Below are positions 9,639-19,909 of a DNA stretch of 64,000 nucleotides, piece by piece. Where the stretch lies: positions 4,960,001-5,024,000 of the forward strand of contig OZ244587.1 of the NCBI GenBank assembly GCA_965218095.1. The letters are read 5' to 3'. The notes beneath the pieces were generated by a model that worked only from the letters and a program-made list of their open reading frames with translations, ran no database searches and was not told the origin of the DNA. Source of the DNA: Candidatus Poribacteria bacterium (GTDB lineage Bacteria; Poribacteria; WGA-4E; PCPOR2b). A program made the position numbers and the translations under genes. Within the stretch, counting starts at the first letter, position 1, and the number at the start of each line of letters is the position of its first letter.

Positions 9639-10679
9639 ATGACACAATACACAGCATACATTGGGTTTGCTTGTATACTTTTCATTCATAGCTTCGGTTG
9701 TGGCGCTCCCTATTCCCCGCCTGGCCCCCTTGATGTCTCATATCCACGGGGAGAAAAATCCTTCCAGTTCATCGTTTGCGGGGATAATCGACCCAACCCG
9801 GGCCGAGAAGGGCTGAATGCAATCGTTCAAAGAAACTTCGCCAAAGAAGTCATCAGGATGCAACCCAGATTTGTCATCAATACGGGAGATCTCGTATGGG
9901 CTGGGATTAGCAAAAAAGGATGGCGTAAGTTTGAATCGCAGACGTTATCCCCGATTCGCGCAAAGGAGATTCCGTACTACCCTGCCATTGGCAATCATGA
10001 GTTGAACTACGGTCCATTTGGTTTGCCGGCGTGGTGGGAGTTTCGATGGCGAGGCATCCTGATGCTGCCGCTTCTGCCGATTGAAGGACTATCGCGATTG
10101 GGGTTTCCAGGAATCCCTAATAAAACGCAGGCAATCGATAACTTTTTTAAGCACTTCCCCGAACTTCGCCGGAGGGAAGCCTACGCTTTTCAGTACGGCA
10201 ATTCACACTTTGTCTTTCTCAACACAGAATCCCCAACCTCAACGGATAGCACGCAGGGGGAATTTCTGCGAGCGCAATTTGAAAATGTCAAGGCGGACGT
10301 TTCCTATCGTTTCTTCTTCGTTGTCTTTCACCGACCTGCCTATACAATCGGCGCACGGCACTCACCCCGTCCAAGAGAACGTCAACTTGCCAAAATATTG
10401 GAATCTTATCAGCAGCGTTGCATCCAAGACAAGCGAAATCTCCAAATCATTGCCTTGATGGGACATAACCATATTTACTATCGCACACGACGAAATGGCG
10501 TCATCTATATCCTCACCGGCGGCGGGGGCGCACCGCTCTACAATGTTCAACCCGATCAAGGTACAATTCCAGGGGACAAGTGGGGAATAGGTTATCATTA
10601 CGTGCTGGTAACAATCAATAGATCGGAGATAGCGATTAAACCCACACTTATTCCAACACTCGAAGAAGGTAGAAATTAA
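9639..10679 (+). CDS. Calcineurin-like metallophosphoesterase
   Basis: GDNR, NTGDLV, GNHE, VFHRP, GHNHIY, TGGGGAPLY motifs. Confidence 0.88.
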   Translation: MTQYTAYIGFACILFIHSFGCGAPYSPPGPLDVSYPRGEKSFQFIVCGDNRPNPGREGLNAIVQRNFAKEVIRMQPRFVINTGDLVWAGISKKGWRKFESQTLSPIRAKEIPYYPAIGNHELNYGPFGLPAWWEFRWRGILMLPLLPIEGLSRLGFPGIPNKTQAIDNFFKHFPELRRREAYAFQYGNSHFVFLNTESPTSTDSTQGEFLRAQFENVKADVSYRFFFVVFHRPAYTIGARHSPRPRERQLAKILESYQQRCIQDKRNLQIIALMGHNHIYYRTRRNGVIYILTGGGGAPLYNVQPDQGTIPGDKWGIGYHYVLVTINRSEIAIKPTLIPTLEEGRN

Positions 10680-10703
10680 CGACATTCTCCGTAAGAAAGA
10701 AAG

Positions 10704-11349
10704 GAGAATCAAGGGCAGGCTAGAATCAAGGGCAGGCACAAGACCTGCCCCTACTCGTCTGGTAAATCGGGGGAATCAAGGGCAGGCTAGAGTCAAGGGC
10801 AGGCACAAGACCTGCCCCTACTACTGTCTGGTAAATCGGGAGAGTCAAGGGCAGGCACAAGACCTGCCCCTACTCGTCTGGTAAATCGGGAGAGTCAAGG
10901 GCAGGCACGAGACCTGCCCCTACTCGTCTGGTAAATCGGGAGAATCAAGGGCAGGCACAAGACCTGCCCCTACTACTGTCTGGTAAATCGGGAGAGTCAA
11001 GGGCAGGCACAAGACCTGCCCCTACTACTGTCTGGTAAATCGGGAGAGTCAAGGGCAGGCACGAGACCTGCCCCTACTACTGTCTGGTAAATTGGGAGAG
11101 TCAAGGGCAGGCACAAGACCTGCCCCTACTCGTCTGGTAAATTGGGAGAGTCAAGGGCAGGCACAAGACCTGCCCCTACTACTGTCTGGTAAATCGGGAG
11201 AATCAAGGGCAGGCACAAGACCTGCCCCTACTCGTCTGGTAAATCGGGAGAGTCAAGGGCAGGCACAAGACCTGCCCCTACTCGTCTGGTAAATCGGGAG
11301 AGTCAAGGGCAGGCTAGAATCAAGGGCAGGCACGAGACCTGCCCCTACT
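10704..11349. repeat. Tandem array of 12 REP-like hairpins (50/52-bp period)
   Basis: AAGGGCAGGCAC(A/G)AGACCTGCCCCTAC x12; the minus strand reads GTAG followed by a hairpin; linkers nearly invariant; three extra 17-bp partial units. Confidence 0.92.
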
Positions 11350-11404
11350 AACCCATTTTCTGATTTTCGTTAAATTATGAACCGTTTCCGAAAATTATTA
11401 AAAC

Positions 11405-11950
11405 ATGCTCTGTTACGAAAACCAATCCATCTCCAAACTGACTTTCTATCTCCTGAACACGAGGCATCTGCCCAACAGCATACAAGTTCTGAGACAGAAG
11501 CATATTCGGCAGCCGAACTATCAGATCGATCTACGGATAGTTGGTACCAGCCACGCGCTATCGATTGTCACGCCATTTTCCGCTTTGACGGAGGTCGTCG
11601 TCTGTTCGACGATTGATGGAACGCAAGCGCCGACGCTCAACATCAAACGGCTGTGTGAATCGGAAGGGGCTGCGGCTTGCCTCACCGATATGCAGTATTC
11701 AATTGATTGGGAAATTCAGCGGTTCAATCAAGATGCTTTTTTGCGACAAACCCACAGGTTGCGTCAACGGAAGGAGAAGGATCAGATGTTCTCATACGAA
11801 TTTCCCACAAGGTCATCAGACGTGGAGAGGCCCCCTTTGACGCTCATTGAGTATGAGTGCCACCCGAAGCGTATCCAGATTCAAACCCATCACACCTATC
11901 CAGACGAATTCGGGCTCGTTGTGACGCGGACGCAGATTGAATTGAGATGA
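11405..11950 (+). CDS. DUF2617-like hypothetical protein
   Basis: LRIVGTSH and THHTYPDE..VVTRT motifs; position directly before the membrane-type speE. Confidence 0.6.
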   Translation: MLCYENQSISKLTFYLLNTRHLPNSIQVLRQKHIRQPNYQIDLRIVGTSHALSIVTPFSALTEVVVCSTIDGTQAPTLNIKRLCESEGAAACLTDMQYSIDWEIQRFNQDAFLRQTHRLRQRKEKDQMFSYEFPTRSSDVERPPLTLIEYECHPKRIQIQTHHTYPDEFGLVVTRTQIELR

Positions 11951-11951
11951 G

Positions 11952-13490
11952 ATGAATGCAAACAACACCGACCGCCACTTCAAGTCACGCGGCGTTATCC
12001 TTTTGCTCTCGATCTCGGTAATCGCCATTTGTGCGATTGTCTATGAACTGGGCATCGGGAGTTTATCGTCTTATCTCCTGGGCAACAGCGTCTATCAATT
12101 TTCAATCACGATTGGGCTGTTCATGACGGCGATGGGGATTGGATCTTATCTCTCAAAGTATTTCACCCGTCAACTCATCACATGGTTTATCCAGATTGAA
12201 CTGGCGATCGGATGCATCGGCGGTTTTTCCTGCCCCATTCTCTTTGCGGCATACAGCTTCAATTTCTTCTACGCTCCGGTCATGTGGGGATTGATTATTC
12301 TGATCGGTACGCTGATTGGCTTGGAGCTACCGCTCCTGACACGGATTTTCCGCGAGTATACGACCCTGCGAATCGCCCTGGCAAACGCTCTCACCTTTGA
12401 CTATGTGGGTGGATTAATCGGCTCCCTCGCCTTTCCGTTGCTGTTGCTTCCCCTGTTGGGCATTTTTGACACCTCGATAGTCATGGGGCTTGCCAACCTT
12501 GCCGTTGTGATCGGCAACCTGATTTTATTTCGACACGAAATTCATCGCCTGAAGCAGATTTCGGCTGTGACCGCGCTAATCACTGTGGGATTGATTGTCG
12601 GTTTGCTCGTCAGTAATCCGGTGAGTCGTTACCTTGAGCAGCGCATCTATACCGATCGGATTGTCTTATCGAAAGTTTCCAAGTATCAACGAATCGTCCT
12701 GACGCGCTGGAAAGATGATATTCGCCTCTACATCAACGGGCGTTTGCAGTTCAGCGCGATGGACGAGTATCGGTATCACGAAGCGCTTGTTCATCCAGTG
12801 GCTTCGCTGATTCCCTCGCGTTCACGGGTGCTTGTGCTTGGCGGCGGCGATGGACTTGCCATACGTGAGCTCTTGAAATACGATGACGTGGATGAGATCA
12901 CGCTGGTTGACCTTGATCCGATGATAACGGATCTGGCTCGCACAGATCACATGCTCCGCCAACTCAACGGGAATGCCCTCGATAATCCAAAGGTGAAAGT
13001 CGTCAATCAGGATGCGCAGCAGTTTCTCCGAACAACCCCCCAACGCTATAATTTGATTATTATTGACCTGCCCGATCCGAATGATGAAGCGCTCGTGTCG
13101 CTCTACTCCGAGACATTCTATCGCCTCGTCAAACGCCGCCTTGCCAAAGACGGGCTTGCCGTGACACAGAGTAGTTCCCCCTTCTTTGCACGGAAAGCCT
13201 TCTGGTGTATCCATCAGACAATCGAAGCCGCGGAACTTTATGCGACCGCTTACCATGTGAACGTTCCGAGCTTCGGTGAATGGGGGTTTAACCTCTTTGG
13301 CGAATGGCAAATCGATCCAAGTCAAATAAACATTACGATCCCCACTCTTTTCTTATCAAACGCCTCATTCCCCGTACTATTTACCTTTGACAAGGATATT
13401 GACGAGATCGAGACCCAAATCAATACGCTCCTGACACCCATCCTGCTTTTCTACTATCGAGAAGGTTGGAAATCGTGGGGACTCCAATGA
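11952..13490 (+). CDS. speE: Polyamine aminopropyltransferase (membrane-type spermidine synthase)
   Basis: N-terminal TM domain; SKYQRIV, LYINGRLQFS.DEYRYHEALVHP, LVLGGGDG, IIIDLPDP, VPSFGEWGF. Confidence 0.92.
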   Translation: MNANNTDRHFKSRGVILLLSISVIAICAIVYELGIGSLSSYLLGNSVYQFSITIGLFMTAMGIGSYLSKYFTRQLITWFIQIELAIGCIGGFSCPILFAAYSFNFFYAPVMWGLIILIGTLIGLELPLLTRIFREYTTLRIALANALTFDYVGGLIGSLAFPLLLLPLLGIFDTSIVMGLANLAVVIGNLILFRHEIHRLKQISAVTALITVGLIVGLLVSNPVSRYLEQRIYTDRIVLSKVSKYQRIVLTRWKDDIRLYINGRLQFSAMDEYRYHEALVHPVASLIPSRSRVLVLGGGDGLAIRELLKYDDVDEITLVDLDPMITDLARTDHMLRQLNGNALDNPKVKVVNQDAQQFLRTTPQRYNLIIIDLPDPNDEALVSLYSETFYRLVKRRLAKDGLAVTQSSSPFFARKAFWCIHQTIEAAELYATAYHVNVPSFGEWGFNLFGEWQIDPSQINITIPTLFLSNASFPVLFTFDKDIDEIETQINTLLTPILLFYYREGWKSWGLQ

Positions 13491-13528
13491 GAAAATTTCT
13501 GACTCTCCATCTGAGACCCCCCTGCAAA

Positions 13529-13632
13529 GTAGGGAACGCAGATCTGTGTTCCCTACTGTAGGCGCCCGATTCATCGGGCGTCGTGAATTTTGTTGTGCGG
13601 CGATGAATCGCCGAACTACTGCGTAAGTCCTA
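13529..13632. repeat. Cluster of REP-like palindromes ending in TGCGTAAGTCCTA
   Basis: GTAGGGAACGCAGATCTGTGTTCCCTAC; GTAGGCGCCCGATTCATCGGGCG; CGGCGATGAATCGCCGAACTAC. Confidence 0.8.
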
Positions 13633-13637
13633 CAAAA

Positions 13638-16600
13638 ATGAAATCCATATTCAAGTTATCCATAAAAAATCCCGTACTGGTTCACATGATCACCATCGCC
13701 GTGATTGTTTTTGGGACATATACGCTCATCAATATGCCGCGTGAACTTGAACCGGATATGTCCTTCAACTGGGTGATCATTTGGGCGCCATACCCCGGTG
13801 TTTCGCCCGAAGAGATCGAAAAGTTCATCACCAAGCCAATTGAGGACGAAATCGCCGATGTGGACAAAATCAGCTCCATCACTTCACTATCCGCTGAAGG
13901 ATACTCCAACATCAGCGTCAAATTCGATCAGGACATCAGCCGGGACGAATTTGAAAAACTGTACCGAGACCTTCGCACAGAGTTGGATAAAGTCAATGAC
14001 CTTCCAGAGGATGCGGAGGACCCGTTCTTGTTTAAACTGGAGTCAAACACATTGACGCCGGTAATCGATGTGGTCTTGGCAGGAACACTCCCTAAGAAAG
14101 AAATGCGAGATCTGGCTGAACACCTCCAGGACCAACTTGAAGCCATTGAAGGTGTTTTGGAGGTTTCGATGATTGGGGTTCGAGACCGCGAGATCTGGGT
14201 CGAAGTCGATCCGGACAAACTTGAGCGGTATCCACTGGCGTTGTCACAGGTTGTCGGTGCATTAGCGGCTAAGAACATGAACGTGCCGGCTGGCAAACTC
14301 AAAGTCGGACGCTCGGAATATCTCCTGCGCACCGTCGGCGAATTTGATTCCGTCGATCAGATTGAAAACGTGATTGTGCAACAGATTCCCGGTGGGGGCA
14401 AGATTCGCGTCGGCGATGTCGCGCAGGCTCGAGATACTTACAAAGAAGCAATCGTGATTTCTCGCTTAAATGGCGAACCGGCGATTACGCTCTCGGTTGC
14501 GAAACGCGGGAAAGGTAGCACAATCACGATTGTCGATCAGGTGCAATCGCTGGTCAACAAATACCGAAGGGATCGGTTACCAGAGGGAGCGAAAATCACG
14601 GTAGTCAACGATACTTCGACCTATATTCATGATTCGCTCGGCAAACTGCAAAACAACGCACTTGTCGGGGTGACGTTAGTTCTCCTTGCCTTGTACATCT
14701 TTATGGGACTTCGGAATGCAATCTTTGTTGCAGTTGGCATTCCTCTGACGCTCCTTGCCACTTTTACGCTCATGGGGGTTTTTGGCGAATCCATGAATAT
14801 GATGTCATTATTTGGGTTAGTTCTGGTGCTCGGTATCATCGTAGACGATGCAATCGTTGTGATGGAAAACGTCTATCGACGCATGCAGAGCGGCGAGTCC
14901 CCGATTCGCGCCGCTGTCAATGGGACGCACGAGGTTGCCTGGCCCGTGATCACCGCGTCCTTAACGACAGCCGCAGTCTTCCTGCCGCTGGCGCTATTAC
15001 CGGGAATCATCGGCAAATACATGCGGATTATTCCAATCATCGTCGCCTTGACATTGGCAGCCTCCGTTTTTGAATGCTTCTTCATTTTGCCGTCCCATAT
15101 CGCAGATTGGGGAAGGGTGAATCGATCAAAATCGCAGGATGGGCTGATGCGCCGACTGCTGAAGCCGTACACGAGATTCCTGGCGCTTGCGCTTCGGCGT
15201 CGCTACTGGGTACTGGGTGGAGTTATCATCTGCCTCGTTCTTAGCTTTCTGCCAATCCGTTTTGGCCTGGTTGAAGTTGACATGTTTGATGGTGATGAGT
15301 ACCCGATATTTTCTGTGAATGTCACGCTGCCGGTCAGCGTACGCTTGGAGACCACGGATGCAGTGATGCGGAAGTTTGAAGAGATCGCACTTTCGTTGCC
15401 GGAGTCTGAAGTTAAGTCCGTCATCACAAAAACCGGGATCATCGAGACGGAAACTGGAAACATACTCGATAGCCACTTGGGGTCGCTTCAGGTTGAAGTC
15501 GTCGAAGCCAAGTACCGTGCGCGTTCCATTGATGAAATTATTGCAGGGCTTCGCCAGAAATTCAGTCGAATCACGGGACCGGAGCAGGTAGAATTTGAGA
15601 AAATGGAAGAGGGACCGCCCACCGGTGCGGATGTCGAAATGATGGTCAAAGGAAAATATTTCAGCAAACTCGAAGCGATCTCTGAAGAACTCAGGAGCAA
15701 ACTCTCGAAAATTCCCGGCGTCACCGACATCAACGACAACTACTTCCTCGGCAAAGAGGAAGTCAGGCTGTACATTGACGAAGACAAAGCTTCAGAATAC
15801 GGACTGACGGTTCAGCAAATCGCCTTTGCTGTGCGAAATGCGTTTGAAGGTGCGAAAGCAACCGTCTTCCGTGATGGGGCCGAGGAGGTTGATGTCATCG
15901 TCAAGTTCAGTGAATCCGCACGAACGAAGATCAAAGATGTGGAGGATATGAGGCTGGTCGGAGCAACAGGCGTCTTGGCGCCGCTCCGAGATGTCGCTCG
16001 CTTGAGCGTAGAGCGCGGTTATTCCACAGTTCACCGCTTCAATCAGGAACGGGCAATTACAGTCACGGCTAACGTGGACTCAGAAGTCATCTCCGCGGTC
16101 AGAGTGAATCAGATCATCCGGGAAGACTTTGATCAGATCGGCTCACGCTATCCGGGCTACACGCTGGAATTTGGCGGTCAATTTGCTGAGTTCAATAAAG
16201 CGTTTGCGGGTATATTGCAGTTGTTCGGCGTTGGCATCCTGCTAGTCTACTTCGTCTTGGGAACGCAATTCAGGTCCTTCATTCAGCCGCTGATCATTAT
16301 AATGACCGTGCCGTTTGCATTTATCGGTGCGATGGTGGGCTTGATCACCTCCGGCAACCCACTGAGCATCGCCTCCATGTACGGGCTTGTGGCGCTGGCT
16401 GGCATCGTCGTCAACGATTCGATCGTGCTGGTTGAATTTATCAACCGTCAACGTGCGGTGGGTGTGCGCAAATGGCGGGCGATTATCGATGGCGGACGGA
16501 CGCGCCTGCGCCCGATCCTGCTGACCTCGATTACGACGGTGAGTGGGCTGCTGCCGATGGCGCTGGGAATTGGCGGGAAGTCCGCGATGTGGATGCCGAT

Positions 16601-16712
16601 GGCGAGTACAATCGTGTGGGGGCTGTCAGTTGCGACCGTCCTAACCCTGTTTGTGATTCCTGTATTCTACGCAATCATCGACGACATTCGTCAGTGGCGA
16701 GGTGTTCGCTAA
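13638..16712 (+). CDS. RND efflux transporter permease (AcrB/AcrD/AcrF family)
   Basis: GIIVDDAIVVMEN, GIVVNDSIVLVE, RLRPILLTSITT; about 1025 aa with two TM blocks. Confidence 0.95.
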   Translation: MKSIFKLSIKNPVLVHMITIAVIVFGTYTLINMPRELEPDMSFNWVIIWAPYPGVSPEEIEKFITKPIEDEIADVDKISSITSLSAEGYSNISVKFDQDISRDEFEKLYRDLRTELDKVNDLPEDAEDPFLFKLESNTLTPVIDVVLAGTLPKKEMRDLAEHLQDQLEAIEGVLEVSMIGVRDREIWVEVDPDKLERYPLALSQVVGALAAKNMNVPAGKLKVGRSEYLLRTVGEFDSVDQIENVIVQQIPGGGKIRVGDVAQARDTYKEAIVISRLNGEPAITLSVAKRGKGSTITIVDQVQSLVNKYRRDRLPEGAKITVVNDTSTYIHDSLGKLQNNALVGVTLVLLALYIFMGLRNAIFVAVGIPLTLLATFTLMGVFGESMNMMSLFGLVLVLGIIVDDAIVVMENVYRRMQSGESPIRAAVNGTHEVAWPVITASLTTAAVFLPLALLPGIIGKYMRIIPIIVALTLAASVFECFFILPSHIADWGRVNRSKSQDGLMRRLLKPYTRFLALALRRRYWVLGGVIICLVLSFLPIRFGLVEVDMFDGDEYPIFSVNVTLPVSVRLETTDAVMRKFEEIALSLPESEVKSVITKTGIIETETGNILDSHLGSLQVEVVEAKYRARSIDEIIAGLRQKFSRITGPEQVEFEKMEEGPPTGADVEMMVKGKYFSKLEAISEELRSKLSKIPGVTDINDNYFLGKEEVRLYIDEDKASEYGLTVQQIAFAVRNAFEGAKATVFRDGAEEVDVIVKFSESARTKIKDVEDMRLVGATGVLAPLRDVARLSVERGYSTVHRFNQERAITVTANVDSEVISAVRVNQIIREDFDQIGSRYPGYTLEFGGQFAEFNKAFAGILQLFGVGILLVYFVLGTQFRSFIQPLIIIMTVPFAFIGAMVGLITSGNPLSIASMYGLVALAGIVVNDSIVLVEFINRQRAVGVRKWRAIIDGGRTRLRPILLTSITTVSGLLPMALGIGGKSAMWMPMASTIVWGLSVATVLTLFVIPVFYAIIDDIRQWRGVR

Positions 16713-16783
16713 GGCGGAAGTCCTTAGAGATTGATACATTTTCAGTTCCTTTGCGTAACTCCTAACAACGCCGTTGTGGACGT

Positions 16784-17134
16784 TCATGAAGGAATGTTTT
16801 CCGAATCTTCGATTATTTTGCGCAACTGCTTTATCTCCGCCTTAACGCTATTCTCACTTCTATCCTTTAATACAACAACAATTTTAGGGATAATCACAAA
16901 AATAGCCATAAGACTGATAAGTGTGAGCATCAAAGTCCATATGTTTTCAACACGTTTATCCAATCTATCAATTCTAGTATTTGTTGCCTGAAGTTTAAGG
17001 TCAATATGATCCTTCATGCGCTTTTCAGAAGCCGTGATCTCTTCCTTTACAATTGTCCGTACATCTTCCTTTGTCAATTCCCCAAATGCGGGCAACGCAA
17101 AAAGGAATAGCGACAAAATAGCTGCGATTTTCAT
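16784..17134 (-). CDS. Small secreted/membrane coiled-coil hypothetical protein
   Basis: GGAGA RBS; signal peptide ALPAFG; coiled coil (RIDRLDKRVEN) followed by a TM helix. Confidence 0.7.
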   Translation of the reverse strand: MKIAAILSLFLFALPAFGELTKEDVRTIVKEEITASEKRMKDHIDLKLQATNTRIDRLDKRVENIWTLMLTLISLMAIFVIIPKIVVVLKDRSENSVKAEIKQLRKIIEDSENIPS

Positions 17135-17301
17135 GACAATGTCTCCTTGTAGGCTATTTTCAAACAATTTATCGAATCTTGCGTTCAAGCCCCCATCCCC
17201 CTGAACTCCCCCTTGTCAAGGGGAAATTCAGGGGGGCGTCTGGAATAGGCGCCGGAGGATTTGGAGGGACAATATGGCCCCTCAAATTATATATTTTTTT
17301 C

Positions 17302-17718
17302 TCACTTTTCGTGTGGATACGATTCATCTTGCGAACTGTCAGTAGTAGCCTGCGGAAAAGGGTTTTCTTGCTCATGCTCTTGCTCTTGCTCATGATCTAC
17401 AAAAATAATCTCATTCTTGTTTTTTAATCCTTCTACAATATGAGCAAAAACACGTTTACATTCTTGTTTAGTTCCAGAAAAAAGACGTTCATAAAATCTT
17501 AAATTATGAGATTGCTCTATAAGATCAAGTTCTTCAGCCCTATGTTGTTCTAATCTTGCAGAAGCATTCGCAGACACATAAGGTTTTTCAAAATTTACAA
17601 ACAAATCAGCTTTTTCACACTCGTCCTCTACATCTGAATAAAGAACAATTTGAAATGACTCAATCTTATCAATATTAATTATTAAACCGCGCTCATACGA
17701 AACAATAGCCCGTTGCAT
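17302..17718 (-). CDS. AT-rich hypothetical protein
   Basis: 138-aa ORF with AAGGA RBS; no recognised motif. Confidence 0.55.
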   Translation of the reverse strand: MQRAIVSYERGLIINIDKIESFQIVLYSDVEDECEKADLFVNFEKPYVSANASARLEQHRAEELDLIEQSHNLRFYERLFSGTKQECKRVFAHIVEGLKNKNEIIFVDHEQEQEHEQENPFPQATTDSSQDESYPHEK

Positions 17719-17796
17719 TTTTTCAATCCTTTCTGAAAATGTTCCTCTTTCAATTTAATCACGCAATGAGTAGATAGGGGCTTTTCTCTTAATTTA

Positions 17797-18057
17797 ACCT
17801 GAGTTGCTAGTATCATAGACGCTTGCTTTATCAGTAGGGAACGCAGATCTGCGTTCCCTACAAACGGAAATGCGTAACTCCTACTAATAATGAAACTATT
17901 GTATCACAATTACACGAAAGCCACAATAAAAATTAGAATAACCTGAGTTGCTGGTATCATAGACGCTTGCTTTATCAACTATCAACTTGCGTTATTCTAA
18001 TCCTTACAACATCGTGGATTCACGGTTTCGTAGGGAACGCAGATCTGCGTTCCCTAC
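17797..18057. repeat. Nested repeat cluster: two 52-bp MITE copies (one interrupted), two 28-bp perfect palindromes and a TGCGTAACTCCTA motif
   Basis: 17797-17833 partial element abuts GTAGGGAACGCAGATCTGCGTTCCCTAC (17834-17861); full element 17941-17992; palindrome 18030-18057. Confidence 0.85.
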
Positions 18058-18217
18058 AGAACCACGCCCGGTTGAGCAGTGAGTTGAGCAAGGTGTGGAA
18101 GGAAAAAGATTGGAAGGTTGGAAGGGATAAACTCTTCCATTCTTCCAGCCTTCCAATCTTCCAACGGAAAATGTGATATCCTTGGGTTCCAAGGCGTTTT
18201 GTGGTACAATTCAACCT

Positions 18218-19909
18218 ATGCACTCCATCACCCGCCGTCGCTTTCTGAAACTCAGCCTGCTGGGAACAACGCTGCCATTTCTGCCCCACTGCTCTCCGTC
18301 CCCATCCAAACCGCCGCCTGCCTTTGACATCCCCGGCGAAATCATCGGCGAGCCGAGCGGAATTGGACACCTTATGCGCCAGCCGCTTCCTGATGAACTG
18401 CTCCCTCCACCCACAGGCAGACTGCACCCCGTGATTATCATCGGAGGCGGGGTATCGGGTGTCAGCGCAGGTTGGAAACTGATGCGATCCGGCGTCGCCG
18501 ATTTTGTCATCCTGGATCTCGGCGATCAGTTGGGAGGCACATCAATCTCCGGTTGGGCAAATGGCGCCGCATTCCCCTGGGCGGCGCATTACATCAATAC
18601 ACCCCCAATTGAGGCGGATTGTATCCTTGAAGCGCTTGAAGACCTTGGGGTGGTCGTGGACTACACGGATCTGGGTTGGCCAATCATGAACCCCGAATAT
18701 GTCTTGCGTGAACCGGGGGAACGCCTGTTTATTGAGAACCGCTGGGTCGAAAATCTGGATCCCTTTTCCAGCGGGCTAGAGGCGGATCGACACGCCTTTC
18801 AGGAATTTCAAACGGATATGCTTCGCTGGATGCTGTACAAAGGCGCGGATGGGCGCCGCGCTTTCACACTCCCGCTGGCGTATAGTAGCGCCGACCCGGA
18901 GATCCGTGCGTTGGACCAGATGACGATGCGCGAATACATGCGGCGCAAGGGCTGGAATTCGGAGCGGCTGGATTGGTTTGTCAACTACGGCTGCCGCGAT
19001 GATTATGCCTGCCCGATAGATCAAGTTTCGGCGTGGGCGGGCATCCACTACTACGCCTGCCGCTACTATGCGGACGAATTACAGGGGCGCTTCCCCGTCT
19101 ACACAGTCACCTGGCCCGAGGGAAACGCCTTTTTGGTGAATGGGATGGCGCGTCGTTTCTCGCCGGACAACGTGCGCCTTAACGCGCTTGCCCTTTCGGT
19201 TCGCCAACGAGCGCACGAGATCCTGGTGACATTCATGGATACCCATAACCGCCAATTCACCACGCTGCGGGGCAGGGCAGTGATTTATGCCGGGCAGAAG
19301 CACATCGCAAAATATATCATACCCAACCTCCCCGGCGAGCAGCAAGCCGCCTTTCAGGCGTGCCACTACACCCCATGGCTGACAGCGAGCATTCACCTCA
19401 AGCGCCTTCCGAAGACGAAGCGCAGCGAGATTGCGTGGGACAATGTCATGTATGAGAGCGAAGGGCTGGGCTATGTCGTCGCTGACCATCAGACGCGGGA
19501 GGCGAATGGGAGTGAACGTGCGTCTGTCCTCACCTACTACCTGCCTTTCGATCATTCGCCTGACCGAAAGCGGAGGGAACTCCTCGAAAAAGGGCGCCGC
19601 TTCTGGGTCAACGAAATCATGAAGGACCTCTGGCAGATGCACCCCGGTGTTGAAAAGGAGATCACCCAAATCGACCTCTACAAATGGGGGCACGCGATGA
19701 TTCGTCCGACGCCGAATTTTATCTGGCATCCGGATCGCGCCCTGCGGGAACGCCCGTTTGGCGCGATCTTCTTCGCAAATGCAGATGTGACCGGACTTCC
19801 CCTATTTGAAGAGGCGTGCTATTCAGGGATTCGCGCCGCGCAAGGGGCAATGGATACGCTAAAGGTCCCCTACGAAAATTCGATTGGAGGAACGTTAAGC
19901 AGCAGGTGA
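18218..19909 (+). CDS. Tat-exported FAD-dependent oxidoreductase (flavin amine oxidase-like)
   Basis: TRRRFLK twin-arginine signal; IIGGGVSG; YGCRDDY; SAWAGIHY; WGHAMIRP; LFEEA. Confidence 0.85.
   Translation: MHSITRRRFLKLSLLGTTLPFLPHCSPSPSKPPPAFDIPGEIIGEPSGIGHLMRQPLPDELLPPPTGRLHPVIIIGGGVSGVSAGWKLMRSGVADFVILDLGDQLGGTSISGWANGAAFPWAAHYINTPPIEADCILEALEDLGVVVDYTDLGWPIMNPEYVLREPGERLFIENRWVENLDPFSSGLEADRHAFQEFQTDMLRWMLYKGADGRRAFTLPLAYSSADPEIRALDQMTMREYMRRKGWNSERLDWFVNYGCRDDYACPIDQVSAWAGIHYYACRYYADELQGRFPVYTVTWPEGNAFLVNGMARRFSPDNVRLNALALSVRQRAHEILVTFMDTHNRQFTTLRGRAVIYAGQKHIAKYIIPNLPGEQQAAFQACHYTPWLTASIHLKRLPKTKRSEIAWDNVMYESEGLGYVVADHQTREANGSERASVLTYYLPFDHSPDRKRRELLEKGRRFWVNEIMKDLWQMHPGVEKEITQIDLYKWGHAMIRPTPNFIWHPDRALRERPFGAIFFANADVTGLPLFEEACYSGIRAAQGAMDTLKVPYENSIGGTLSSR

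Noticed and set aside
10704-11349. CRISPR array
   Set aside because: The intervening sequences are near-identical rather than unique spacers, and there are no cas genes in the window
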